Shown one piece after another: positions 25,301 through 37,400 of a stretch of DNA of 64,000 bases (positions within the stretch are counted from its first letter, which is position 1; every line of letters starts with the position of its first letter). A program made the translations under genes and the position numbers. The notes under the pieces are model-generated. The model saw only the letters and a program-made list of their open reading frames with translations, was not told where the DNA came from and searched no databases. The DNA is from Marsupella aquatica (Eukaryota > Plantae > Marchantiophyta), in contig OZ316899.1 of the NCBI GenBank assembly GCA_973895155.1, positions 6,141,241 to 6,205,240 of the forward strand, written 5' to 3'.

Positions 25301-28237
25301 TTGGAGATTGCCATTGTAGGATCTATGTCTTTGATGTAGTCTCGATGTTTTCTGGATTTGTTAGTCGAGGGAACACATCCTCAAAAAAATTGCAGTCTAT
25401 AAATCTGGCCTTAAATACATCTGTTGTTGTCGGTTCAAGAAAACGTATAATTGATGGTGAGTCATATCCTATATATATCCCTCTTTGTCTTTGGGGTCCC
25501 ATTTTGGTTCGTCTAGGACCCATGATCGGAACTAAACATCCAAATGTACAAAGATGTGAGATGTTTGGCGGAAGTCCAAATGCCAAGTAATGTGGGGTAT
25601 GTGAATTGAATGCAGATGGTCGGTATTTTAGCAATGACGCAGCATGTAGGATCGCATGGCCCCAGGCTGTAATTGGCAGTTGGGTTTGCATTAGCAGGGG
25701 CCTAGCAATTAGCTGTAGTCTTTTGATTAATGACTCTACTATTCCATTCTGGAAATGAACATGGGGAACTGGGTACTCGGTGTCTATGCCGGCTGTCTCA
25801 CATAAATCATCAAAAGTCTTCAAGGTGAATTCCCCTGCATTGTCTACCCTTAATGTTTTAATTGGGTTATCAAGAAACTGTGATTTCAGCTTCAAAATAT
25901 GTGATAGTATTTGAGGAAAAACTAAGTTTCTTGTTGATAGCAAAGAAACCTGAGACCATTTTGATGAGGCATCAATAATGGCAAGGAAAATCCTGAAGGG
26001 GCCTGAAGGTGGGTCTATGGGTCCACATACATCGGCGTGGATTCTTTCAAGGAACCTTGGTATTACATGTGTAGTTTTTGATACTGCAGGTCTGATTATT
26101 AGTTTGCCTTGAGCGCAAGCCAGGCATGGTTGTTTCAAAGTGGAAGGGTGTACTCCCCTAGGTATTCCTACGGTATCCCGGATTATATGATGATACATTG
26201 TAGTACCGGGGTGCCCTAGTTGATTATGCCATGATTATGTTAATGTGGGAACTGATCTTTCAGTGTGGAATGCTTGTATTTTTGTAATATATAGGCCGGG
26301 GGGGGGGGGATCGGTAAGATCTCCCTGTTTGCATTCCCATGTTTGTCTTTTCTAGTATCTGGAGGACTTCCCCTTTCTCGGTTCTGTTTGTATGTATATG
26401 AAGTTGGTTGGCTGTGATGTGTTTGAAACTGACCAAGTTTCGTGTGGCCTTGGGTGCATAAATGGCGGAGCGGATATGAATGACTGTCCCTCCTGAAAAT
26501 CTGACAGTGGCTGGGCCATTTCCTTCCTCGATTTGATTCTGACCTGTTATCGTTGTAATTTCTCTATTTGACTGGGAAATATCTTTGAAGAATTGCCTTG
26601 ACCTAAGGATCGAATGGGAAGTTCCACTATCGACAATGCAGTCAAAGGGATCTGAGTTGTATGTAATCTCAGATTCGTAGTGGTCTGTGTGAGCTTCAGG
26701 CATATCTGTGTCTGTGATATATGCATTTATACTCTCTGGTATTTCCATATAATTCCCTTGTGCCTCTGGTGTTTGCTTGTTTAAGCTTTCTTTATAGAGC
26801 TTAACTAGATGTGTTGTTGCTCTGCATGCATGTCTTTTGGATGTGTCCTTTTGTGCCACAGCGAAAACAGAAGAGTGGAGTAAACTTATCTTGTCTCTGG
26901 TGTTGTGATCCTTGGCCAGAGCTTTGTCCTCAAAAACCATTTCTATTTCTAGGGTCTTGTGCTGCTTCATTAAATTCAGTTCGGCCTCTTCCACGGCCTC
27001 CGTAGCGACCTCGTCCAAATGGTCGGCCTCTGCTCCCCCTGAAGCTCCCACGACCGCGTCCCCTTTGTCTATTTGCTGGCTCATATAGGTGGGTCTCCGG
27101 TTTGGGTGGTAGTGGTGCGGTTCCTGGTGGCCTCATCTTTGCATTCTGCATCAATAACATTTGGTGCTTCTCCGCGAGTAACATATGTGAGATTAGCTGT
27201 GAATATCTGGTAAAGTTCATGTTACAATACTGGGCTGCCAATACAGGTTGGTAACATGAAACATAGATAAAGTCTTTTCGATTTGTTCAGCATCATCTAC
27301 TGGGTTGCCGCAAATTGCCAGTTGTGAAGTGATTCTGAATAATTCACTGTTATAATTTGCAATTGTGGTGTGATCTTGTACTCGCAGATTAATCCAGTCG
27401 TGGCGGGCTGTTGGGAGGGAGATGGTGCACATATGATCAAATCTTAGATGTAGTTCTTCCCATAGGATACGGGGATTATAGTGATTTAAGTACTGAGTCT
27501 TAAGTGGCTCGGCTAGATGATGTCTTATAAGAATCAGGGCTCTAGCTTTTTGTTGGAGGGTGGGGCCTGCATCTGTCAATATTGTATCTTGTAAATCTTT
27601 GGACGCGAGATGTGCTTCAACGTCCAATGACCAAGATAGATAATTAAGTCCATCTATTGACAATGCCTGGAGATGCAATTTCTCCATGGAATTCATTGGA
27701 TGAAATTTTGTTTGTGGATGGTAGGTCGTATCCTTGCAGTTTCCTTCGGGAAGTGTTACAAATAAGAAGTAATTTGTAATTTGATTGCGATTGAAAATGC
27801 ATGTAAGGGTGATTGAATCCCTTGCCTTGTTGTAGTGCTTTATCAGATTGCTATCATCTTTGAGGCTCGGATCTGCAAATTTCTCATGGGTGGGACTGCT
27901 TTGGATTGAATTCGCCTTCCTTTCTTTCCTTCCTTGATTCTGGTGAACCAATTTTATGAATCCCTCGTAACCAGATCGACCGCAAATTGTTGGATTCGAT
28001 CAATCAAAATTAATTGGATTCGCTACCATCTCAAAAAAAAATCTAATGCCCTCCACTAGCTCGTGCTGATAACGTGTTCTACTCCATAGATTACACCAAC
28101 ATCAATGTCTCTTCTATTAGGGATGAAAGCCTTTATGTGTTACATGATGAGGTGGTTAAGTAACTACCTTAACCTCTAAGTATTACATTAGGGTCTAATG
28201 TAATGGTCACTTACAGTGTAATCTACATGTCATAACA
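22390..28237 (-). mobile_element. Full-length Ty1/Copia Bianca-type element 3
   Basis: LTRs at 22390-22557 and 28075-28237 (3 substitutions and one 5-bp indel seen). Minus-strand PBS CGTTATCAGCACGA at 28061-28074, PPT at 22558-22566, flanks ATTTT/ATTTC. Confidence 0.95.
23055..27695 (-). pseudogene. gag-pol of Bianca element 3 (gag, PR, INT, RT, RNase H), frameshifted
   Basis: MEKLHLQALSIDGLNYLSW; CIVDSGTSHSIL; FLERIHADVCGPIDPPSGPF; YGLKQSG...YVDD; GFADAGYLSDP; TSSNHAELIALYEA; IYEDN. Confidence 0.95.
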
Positions 28238-30001
28238 ATTTCCCATCATTGCAACGCACAACAAAGAATTTTTCCAATACAAAAAGAAATTTGCATTGTC
28301 TTGCATAATTAAGCCCTTAATTGGGTCATCAAAATGAATTAATGGGTGGTAATTAACCACTAATCAAACAGAAAAACAAAAGTCTACCCCACTACCCTAT
28401 AAGTCAAAATGTAACATCTTGTAAATTTGAGCTTGGAAACTTTATTTCACAGTTCAATGAATTGAAATAGCAAAGGGGTAAACAAAAATGGCATTAAATG
28501 AACAAGAGCATTTTAATTTTTTTCCTCAATGATGAGAAACAAATGAATGCTAAGACACAATTAGTTGGTTTCCACATATACCATACATCAAGAAGTAAAA
28601 TGTGGACCAATACATGATGGAACTATAAATTGCTTGAATGATATAAATTACATACTTATTAAAAAGAGCAAATGTTTGGAACAAAATTAGAAAGATGTAT
28701 AAGAGGGAACAAACATGAAATGGAAGGATCATTTGTTCACTTGGCTGGCATAAGTTATTACAATGCAAACTCCCTAGACCTCAATTTGAGGGGGAGAAAA
28801 TAATGTATTACCCGGCTCATATTACCCTTGAGACATTCAAATAGAAACCGACAATATTAATTACTATACAAGGTATAGATAGAGGTTCACCTCCTATATC
28901 TAGTGGGGATAGTTGTTAAGCTTACCATGGAGGATATAGGGGCCAACCTCATATAAGATCTATATATATAAGGTATTTAGACATGACTTAAATTTTAGAA
29001 TTCCAAGAATGAGTGAAGAATGCATATACAAATGAAAATTTGAGATTTGAGGGGGAGAGAAGTACACCCTCCTCATATGCATCCATTGGATTATTTGAGC
29101 TCCATTTTACAAATGATATCAAATGAGGAAGTGCCTTTAGCACATGCTATGGATGGCCAATCATGAAAAGTACTTTGTAAAAACAAATAAGATAAGTGGA
29201 GAGAGGAGAAATTCTCCTGGAGATTTGAAAAGCCTTTGATGGAAGTGTGTGAAAGTCCCTAACACCACCATGGCTATGCCACTACTACTTATGAACATGA
29301 CATGTATATGTTGGCCAATGATTTATATCACATGGGAAAAATGATTTCCACATATATGGATCCAAAGGGCAACCGAAGGCAATAGAATACCACCAAAAAT
29401 GATGGAAGACTAACATATGCATGTTGGTTGCAGAAAATGCACATCTGGTTATAAACACCATGAAGGAAGAACATGGGACCAATCAGAAATGAAAACCCAA
29501 GATTCAAGTTTCTTCGCACTTCAAGCCTCAAGCTTCACCTAGAACAAGAGTTCATATGTGACTTACTCCCAATAGGGGACCCAATATATTTAAGACCAAA
29601 TTTTAGATCTATATTTCCACCCCCCTTGAGACATATCCAAAATGACTATAAATGTAACATTGGTGGTGACACTCTTTCCCTTAGAAGAAAGCAAGAGGGT
29701 TTTAATGAGACCACACCAGTGGATACCATGTACTACATAGATATAGCACTTATTGCTAGATGTTAACCCTAGTGTGGTTGCATTATCTATGATAATTAAA
29801 ACAACCAAGGGGGAGTGTTGTAACCCAAAGGTTAGGTCAACATCCAACCCTAGTTAGGCTAGGGATTAAGGTAGTTACTATAACTACCACAGACTACATC
29901 TATACCTAGGGAGGTATTAGTAAACCTATGTGAATGGATGAACCTTGATTGTTGGTGTACTTGACATTTTCTCTTCTAAGAATTATCTCCACCTCTCAAC
30001 A

Positions 30002-30749
30002 AAAATGTCATTAAATGACCAATTTGCATATCAAATTTCACAAGAGATAATGGACAACCTACTGGGTCCTAAAACAATTATTGAAGCTCGCCAACAACCT
30101 GATTGGCAAGACTAGGAGCTGGCAATAAACTCAGAAGTGGACTCCCTTATTTCACGCCAGGTTTTTGGCCCCATTACACCAGTTCCACCCGATACACACC
30201 TCACTGGGTATAAATGGGCGTTTGTTAAAAAGCACAATGCAAAAGGAGAGATTGTGAGATATAAAGCCCATCTCGTCGCCAAGGGATTCACTCAAATCCC
30301 AGGAAGAGACTATGACCTGACTTATTCCCCTGTGATGAATATAATAACATACATATACCTCATAGCCTTTTCACTCCATCACAAATTATCCATGTATCAG
30401 ATGGATATTGTTAGAGCATATTTATATGGTCACTTAGATACGACTATATATACACATGGAAACTCCACCTGAACTGATTAAAAGAGTTCACTACCATAGT
30501 CAGGGGGAGCATCTACAGAAAACCCAAACAGATGGCCCCTTTGGCCATACTAACTGAGCTGTACTACACACAACCTTGAAAGCAATTGCATGGAGGACTT
30601 CTATAAAGCAAACTAATGATTACAAGTCCACCACTGCCAAGATCCTATTAGCCGTCCAGGTGCTCCGCTCTATGTATGGGCTGAAACAGAGTAGGTGAAC
30701 CTGGTACAGACGTTTTAAAGCTGAGATGCTTGCTATGGGATTCAAGAAC
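30002..30749 (+). pseudogene. Bianca 1 reverse transcriptase, 5' part
   Basis: GYKWAFVKKHNAKGEIVRYKAHLVAKGFTQIPGRDY...YGLKQS...MLAMGFKN, then interrupted by a LINE. Confidence 0.9.
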
Positions 30750-33217
30750 TGCTATGAATGTGCCACTGGTGCTCGGCTTAATCTGAGAAAATTGGTGATA
30801 GAACCTTTAGCATTGGATGAGGTCCTAGATTGGCTGAGGGACACGGGCTGCCAGATCAGTGCGGAGGGAGAGATACAAAAGTACTTAGGGGCACCTTTTG
30901 GAGCTGGTCTATCTGAAGCCAACCTGCATAACTTCTGCCTAGACTAAATTGGGGCCAGACTCTCATCCTGGTCTACTCGTTTGCTTTCCTTTACTGGTCA
31001 AGTATTGCTGGTTAAACATGTGTTGCAGGCTATTCCAGTATACCATATGATGTTTCTTTGATCACCCGCTTAGCTAACTAAGAAACTGATAGCCTTGAGT
31101 AGAGTTTTCCTTTGGGGTACCAACAAGCAGGGTGGCAAGAGGATCCCACTTGTGGCTTGGGAGAAATTATCCAGACCTAAGGTTGAGGGCAGTTTGGGGC
31201 TGAAAGAGTTCAGAAGCCATTCTGGTGCTCTTTTGAGTAAGTGGTTTACTTGAGCTATGGATCATCCTAAGTTGGAATAGGCTCTGATGTTTGCAGAGAA
31301 CTTGGGGCTGACCAAGTGGAGAAATTACAGAATTGTCCGCATGAACAACTATTCCATGAAGGACAAGCTGCTATTGTGCTCTCCACGGTCCTTTGGCAAG
31401 TTTTTCTACACAGGACAGATCTGGTGTGCCTGGGATCTTGTTTGCATGCACCTGATTTTCTGCCCTGGTACTGCTGTTATTCCTGGCCATTGGGGTATGG
31501 AAGACTTGCTATGCTGCTTATATGGGTTTTATGGTCTACCAGAGGTGGACAGAGAGAAGATTGTGAAAGTGTGCGGAAAATTGGGAATTTGCAAGGTTGG
31601 AGATTTCTGGTGTATTGAAGAGGGAGAATGGATGGACTTGACTGTGAGGATGCAGCAAATTCATGGACTTACAGCACATGTCAAGGCGTTTTGCCTGGAC
31701 TTCTTCTGTGCAATTCACTCCTCTACCTCCTATTGTAGCCACCAGGAGGCACCAACACGGTTGTGGCGTTGGCTGGACATTGATGGCCCTATTAAATCTT
31801 TTGGGCTTGCCAATCACCGGGTCTATGAGATGTTGCGGACTAAGGGATTGGATTCTCTCAAATTGAACAAGATTTGGGGTGAAACACATTCTGAGAGACA
31901 ATGAAATGAGGTTTGGCAGGTTCTGTGGATCTCTTATCTTTCCACTCGGGCCAAAACTTTTATTTGTCAAGTTTTGGCTCAAGGGCTCTTCTCTGGATCC
32001 CAAGCTCTCAAAATTGATAAGTCTGATGGGTCCTGCACCCTTCTCAAGAATAGTTGAAACTATCCCTCATCTTTTCTTTCAGTGCAGGTTTGCACATCGC
32101 TGTTGGAGAATTACTTGGGGATGGATGAACGGGCAGATCATTGGCCCCGATTTGAGCTTACTTGAGTTTAGTAAGGTCTTGCAAGGGGAAAAATCCCCTA
32201 AACATGTTGCGTTTTGTTATGATTTATGAGGTTTTATGGAGCATCTGGCTGGCTAGGAATGGACAGACTTTTGACTTGGCAAAGAAATGAGTTTTTATCA
32301 GGTTTTGATCTACTCTGCTACGCTTGACCTTTTGGTTGTTGGTACGGCGGTTTCAAAATCCAGTAGGAAACACATGCGGCTTGTCTATGCAACTGCCCTA
32401 CTAGAAGGAGAACGGAGTAGGATATTGAGAAGTGGAATCAGAGGCATAGTATCATTCTAAGAAGAAACCAGGTTGCTGATTGTATAGTGGGAACTAGTTG
32501 AGTCCCAATGAGTAGGACATCTTTTGGCTCCTTGAAAAATTGTGCTACTTTGTCTCAGTTACATCATATAGTGCCAATGTTAGGAATAGGTGAGAACTGG
32601 ATCCTCAGTCATGTGATGCTGTGAAGTTTTTGATACTTTGGAGGTGCAATCAAATTGATCTTCTAGATGCTTTAATTCAGCGCTTATGATGCACGATACC
32701 AGAAGGTGCTTGGTAGGGACTAGGTTTTTTGACTGAGGTACTAAGTTTTTGGCTTGGCTGTTGTGCCACATGTTTTCTATTTTGCCCTCTTAGGGGCTTT
32801 CACAACTACAATTTTTAACGTTGCGTGCCCTATGAATGTCTTCAGCGTAGACGTTCAATTGGATCACGTCAAACAAGACGTCATTCCATATAGCTGAAGA
32901 CGTTAGGCCAACGTCGTAGAATATGGCGCAACAATCGGAGTTATTTTTACGTCGTGTGATACGACGTAAGATTTACGTCGTCTCATCTGGGTAATTATAC
33001 GTTGGCTAGAAAGAGGTAAAATAAATTGCGTCATCCAGAGCGTCATAATGTACAGTTTTTTGGACGACGTGTAAAAGTACGTAGGAATTTGAGAGGTTAA
33101 ATCCATTCTGGAGCTCTCATCGACGTTTGAGAGTTACTCTGCCACATGATACGTGCAAGACATCATTTTGGTCGACGTAAATGACAGAAATTCCTTGCTG
33201 ACTCGGGTTTTCTACCC

Positions 33218-33963
33218 ATGGCTTTTGGTTCATAGCTGCTAAGACCTTCCAAGACTTGCATTCAAGTTTTTGAGTGAGCTCTTGTCTTGAGTAGGGAGAA
33301 ATTTTTGTGGGGGATAGAAAGTGCTAAGCTACGGTGCGCAAGCTATTCAAGGATGTGCATTGTTGCTTCCTTCCTCTCGGTGAAGAGGACAAGACTGTGC
33401 GTGGGTTCTTTTGTCGTGGAGGTGTTATTGAGAAGTTGTGTACCTCAGAGACAGACTACTTGCTGGCCTATACCTGGAAAGATGTTGTTGAGCACTTCAG
33501 TGACTACCCTGGATTGATTGAGCACTTTGCGGAGACAGTGCATTTCATTTCTATCCGTTGGGTTGAGTGCTCCATTCTGGCTAACAAGGAGTTGGATCCA
33601 GGAGACTTCTTGTTGCAGCCGGGTGATCATGAGATCCTTGATGATTTGCCCAAGCCTAATGATGGTGAGGCATATCCACCTACCTTCTGTAAATGTGAGT
33701 TATTGCCTACTGAGCTTGGGATTTATTGTACGATTACAAGGAAAGCTGTGCAGCTGAGGTTGAGGCTGAAAGGCTGAAGGTTGGGGAAGCGGTTGTGCGG
33801 AAGAAATGGAACCAGAGCCAGAGGCGTGATTCATACAAAGCAAGGAAGGCCGATGAGGAGTACTACTGGTCTGGTGAAGGGGCCCCTTAAGCAACAATAC
33901 TTCAAATCGCAGCTGGTTGTGGGGTTTAGGTTCCATGATTCGCATAGGTTAGCATTGCTTTAG
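33218..33963 (+). pseudogene. Unknown cargo ORF in the CACTA element
   Basis: 147-aa frame 33334-33777 is continued in frame by 33781-33963. It is convergent with the transposase. Confidence 0.45.
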
Positions 33964-34460
33964 TGGAAAGACAATGTGTTGTGAAATGTATAACTTGTGT
34001 GTTCATATCACCTTAATAAAGACACCCATGATTGTATTATTTTGATTGTGCCGGTGAATGTGCCCTTTCAGTGTGTGCAATGTGAGTAACGTCGCCCCTC
34101 ACACGTTACGTTGTCCTCCACGTTGTCCCAAAATAGTTTACATATCATAATAAGACGTTCCACAATGTACGTCCTGTAGGGCTACGTTTATTTATGTCGC
34201 AATTTAGTATCACGTCGTGTAGGGCTACGTAAGAATGACGTTAAGTTAGTGGTTTACGTCATTTTTGGTGGGGTTTTAGGGGTTTTAGGGGTTTTGCGAC
34301 GACGTACGGGTTTTCTACGTCGTTTTGGGTGTTACAAATGGGACGTTTAATGTTATAAATGACGTAAATGAGGACTGTCCAACCAGACAGTATATATGTA
34401 AAGGATGGCTACAGCCAATATACATGCATCCAAAGCATCATGACAGTGGTAATGGTCATA

Positions 34461-37400
34461 TCAATCAGCATCGTCTATAATTGCTGATTGCATCAAACCC
34501 TTCCTCCACCGTGGGAAGATGGGAATGACAATGGACCACCCTCTCATAGTCTGCATGGGCACCATAATACACTGATCCACTTGGCTAGGAAAAACTATGG
34601 TATCACTAACCTCAGTCCCGCTTGGTGCTACACGAGTCGTGTCCACCCGGTAAAATCCAAACTCATCTTTCACCATGGTGGCTCTCACAAGAGGTGACAT
34701 GATGGACTTGTGCCACCGCACCTCTAACACAGTAGTGGTAAATGACCAAAAGTCAACATCTAAAATGTCCAATACAGTGCCGCAATAAGGAACCTCAACA
34801 TCACCTCGGTCTGTCAACATGAACACTCGTGAGTTACATGTTGTCTTTTTCATATGGTCTGTCCTCCAAGTCCGAAAGTGGTGCCCCGACTCATACATGT
34901 GTGTATGAGTTGTTGCCCACATCGATGGCCCCCTAATGATGTTCTGAACATCAATCGGGATGGATGTGGGCCCATGCTCTGCCAGGCCCCTCTCCATGTG
35001 CTCCAATGCCCATACGCGGAATGATGCAATTGTGCGTACATGTCCTGCAATAACCGGCTGTCGCTCCCTCCATGCCCTGGCATTTGTATACACAAATATT
35101 GTTAGAAATTTGCAGTATCCTATGGACAATAAAGTACTCCCCAACTACAAGTCTAACTTCACAATCTAAATGCCTCATACCTGTACAACTCCCTCCAAGC
35201 TGACATGTCAGGGCGGTTTTCCAACACATAATTGTGGATTTGTCGTCGAAAAATGTTGTCATGTAGTGACCGCTTCTTCGACGCACCCATCAAGCGCAAC
35301 CCACCATGTCCTCATCCTGTGCCTCTTCCCAATTTGTGGGAGCTGTAGGGTCCAAACTCCCTATCATCCCCCCTGAATAGAAGAGGCACTCAGACATATG
35401 TACCCTGTTGCCATGCTTCCCTCTGGTCGAGCTGGTTGACGCACCATGGACTTGAGCACTTTCATGAAGCGCTCAACCCAATCCATCCACCGCGCATGAA
35501 CTGGACCAGCAATAGCTACCTCATCCATGAGGTGACATAGCAAATGCAATTGCATGTCAAAGAGACAAGGAGGGAACACCTTCTCCATATTGCACATCAC
35601 ACGTGCTGACCTCTCCCTCATCAAAGGAATCTCACACTCCTTTATCTCCTTAGCGCATACCCACCTATATTCCACCTCATACAATCCAATTGATTTAATA
35701 TCACAATCACACCAAGCGGTTGCCAAAATTACCAACTTAATTAATTATAATACTGGTAATGAAAAAAATTAAGCCCAAAATAACAAGTCTCTAGTTTTAA
35801 ACTTAGGGTTTAACCCTAAACTTCTTTAAAAACATACCTGAAAATAGAGCACATGGCGTAAATGGTGAGTCGAAGTAGGCGTCTCTCTCGCGAGTCATCA
35901 CAACAATGCAAGACAGCAGGCAGCACATGTTGAATCAACTTGTGATAATCATGAGACTTTAGCCCTATTGGGGGCATGTGGTCATTTCTGCTAGTGCACC
36001 CACGAAAGCCGGCTCCATAGTGGCTAGGGAATTTCATCTCACAAATCATCCCATTAATTTGCTTTAATGTCTCCTTTGGCAATACCCAAGGAGCAGGTGG
36101 TTTCCCCCCAGTACTTGTCATCCAGCAAGACTTCACAACTCCTACATTCTCAGCATCCTCTCGGACTTGACGAGTATCATTCCATCCATAAATGTGCTTC
36201 AACAAATTCTTAGCAACATTCACTTTGATGTGCATGGGGTCCAACAACCACCGGACCTGGAGGTCTGGAGCATGAAAAAACAATAATGTTGGAGTTCACT
36301 AATAAATTTCTCAATAGCAATAGTTTTCAGTGAAGACTCCAATTTGCAATTAGAAAAATTAACCATTTGCTTTGTCTCACTTACCCTCCAATAAGGCAAG
36401 TCCCACAAAGCTGAGCGGCGATTACTCCACAATCTTTGGGTTTGAGTAACTTTGCCTCCACCATCTCTGCCATTTGGATTTGCCCTTCAGCTGAAGGGCC
36501 ATTGGGACATGGTCTTAACTCACTTTCTGCCCAATGAGTTGTGTTTCGCCGCAAGTGATCATCCATTGCCAAGCGGACCCTACTTCCCTCATATGTGGTT
36601 TTGTGCAATAGTGATGAGTACCTCCCATGCAACTCAGGACCACATGAAGGGCAAGGTGAATAACCTGCCACCTTCAAACCAGATATTGTTCCCATACCTG
36701 CAAATGATATTTTGGGTCCATAGAATATGTCATTATCTCTATTACATTGTACAATATAATGCAATTAGAAAAATGCTCTAGGTTGTCTTGTGAATTACCT
36801 GGACCATCGGTGGTGCAATGGGTGATCATCACTCTCATCTGGAATATCCTGCCATTGCTAGGAGCCCGAGTGACATCTGTGGTAGGTGCCCCAACCTCCC
36901 ACAGGTTTTGTAGCTCTTCATAAGCTAGTGCCAAGCAGACATCTGGATTCTTGCAGGCCTCAGGACCAGGTATGATAGCAAGGAGGAGGACATGGCCCTT
37001 TTTCATTGCCAACCATGGAGGGATGTTCTGATTAATCAAGAGAACCGGCCAAATGGACTTAGGCTTCCGCCGTTGCTTGTACGGGTTTACACCGTCTATT
37101 GCCAACCCCAATCGGACATTTCTTGGCTCCTGGGAAAACTGAGGCCAAGTCATATCAATGTGTTTCCATGCTGGACTATCTTGGTGGTACCTCATAATCC
37201 CTGGTGGGGATTTGTTCTCCGCATGCCAAGTCTGTAGTGTGGATAAGCGTTTCCGTCGATATAGGTGTTGCAGCCGGGGTGTGATAGGGAAATACCTCAC
37301 TACCTGTAATAACAATAGTGAAACCATTCAAATTGACGATATTAGAACCCTAACGTCATTTACGAAAACATAATCTTATTTTAACCACGTCTTCTATGAC

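Larger units (their letters stand above)
21155..30001 (+). mobile_element. Non-autonomous Bianca-type LTR element 2, containing element 3
   Basis: ~185-bp LTRs at 21155-21337 and 29816-30001, PBS CGTTATCAGCATG, PPT AAGGGGGAG, flanks AAAAC/AAAAT. About 2.6 kb of its own internal sequence has no recognisable gag-pol. Confidence 0.9.
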
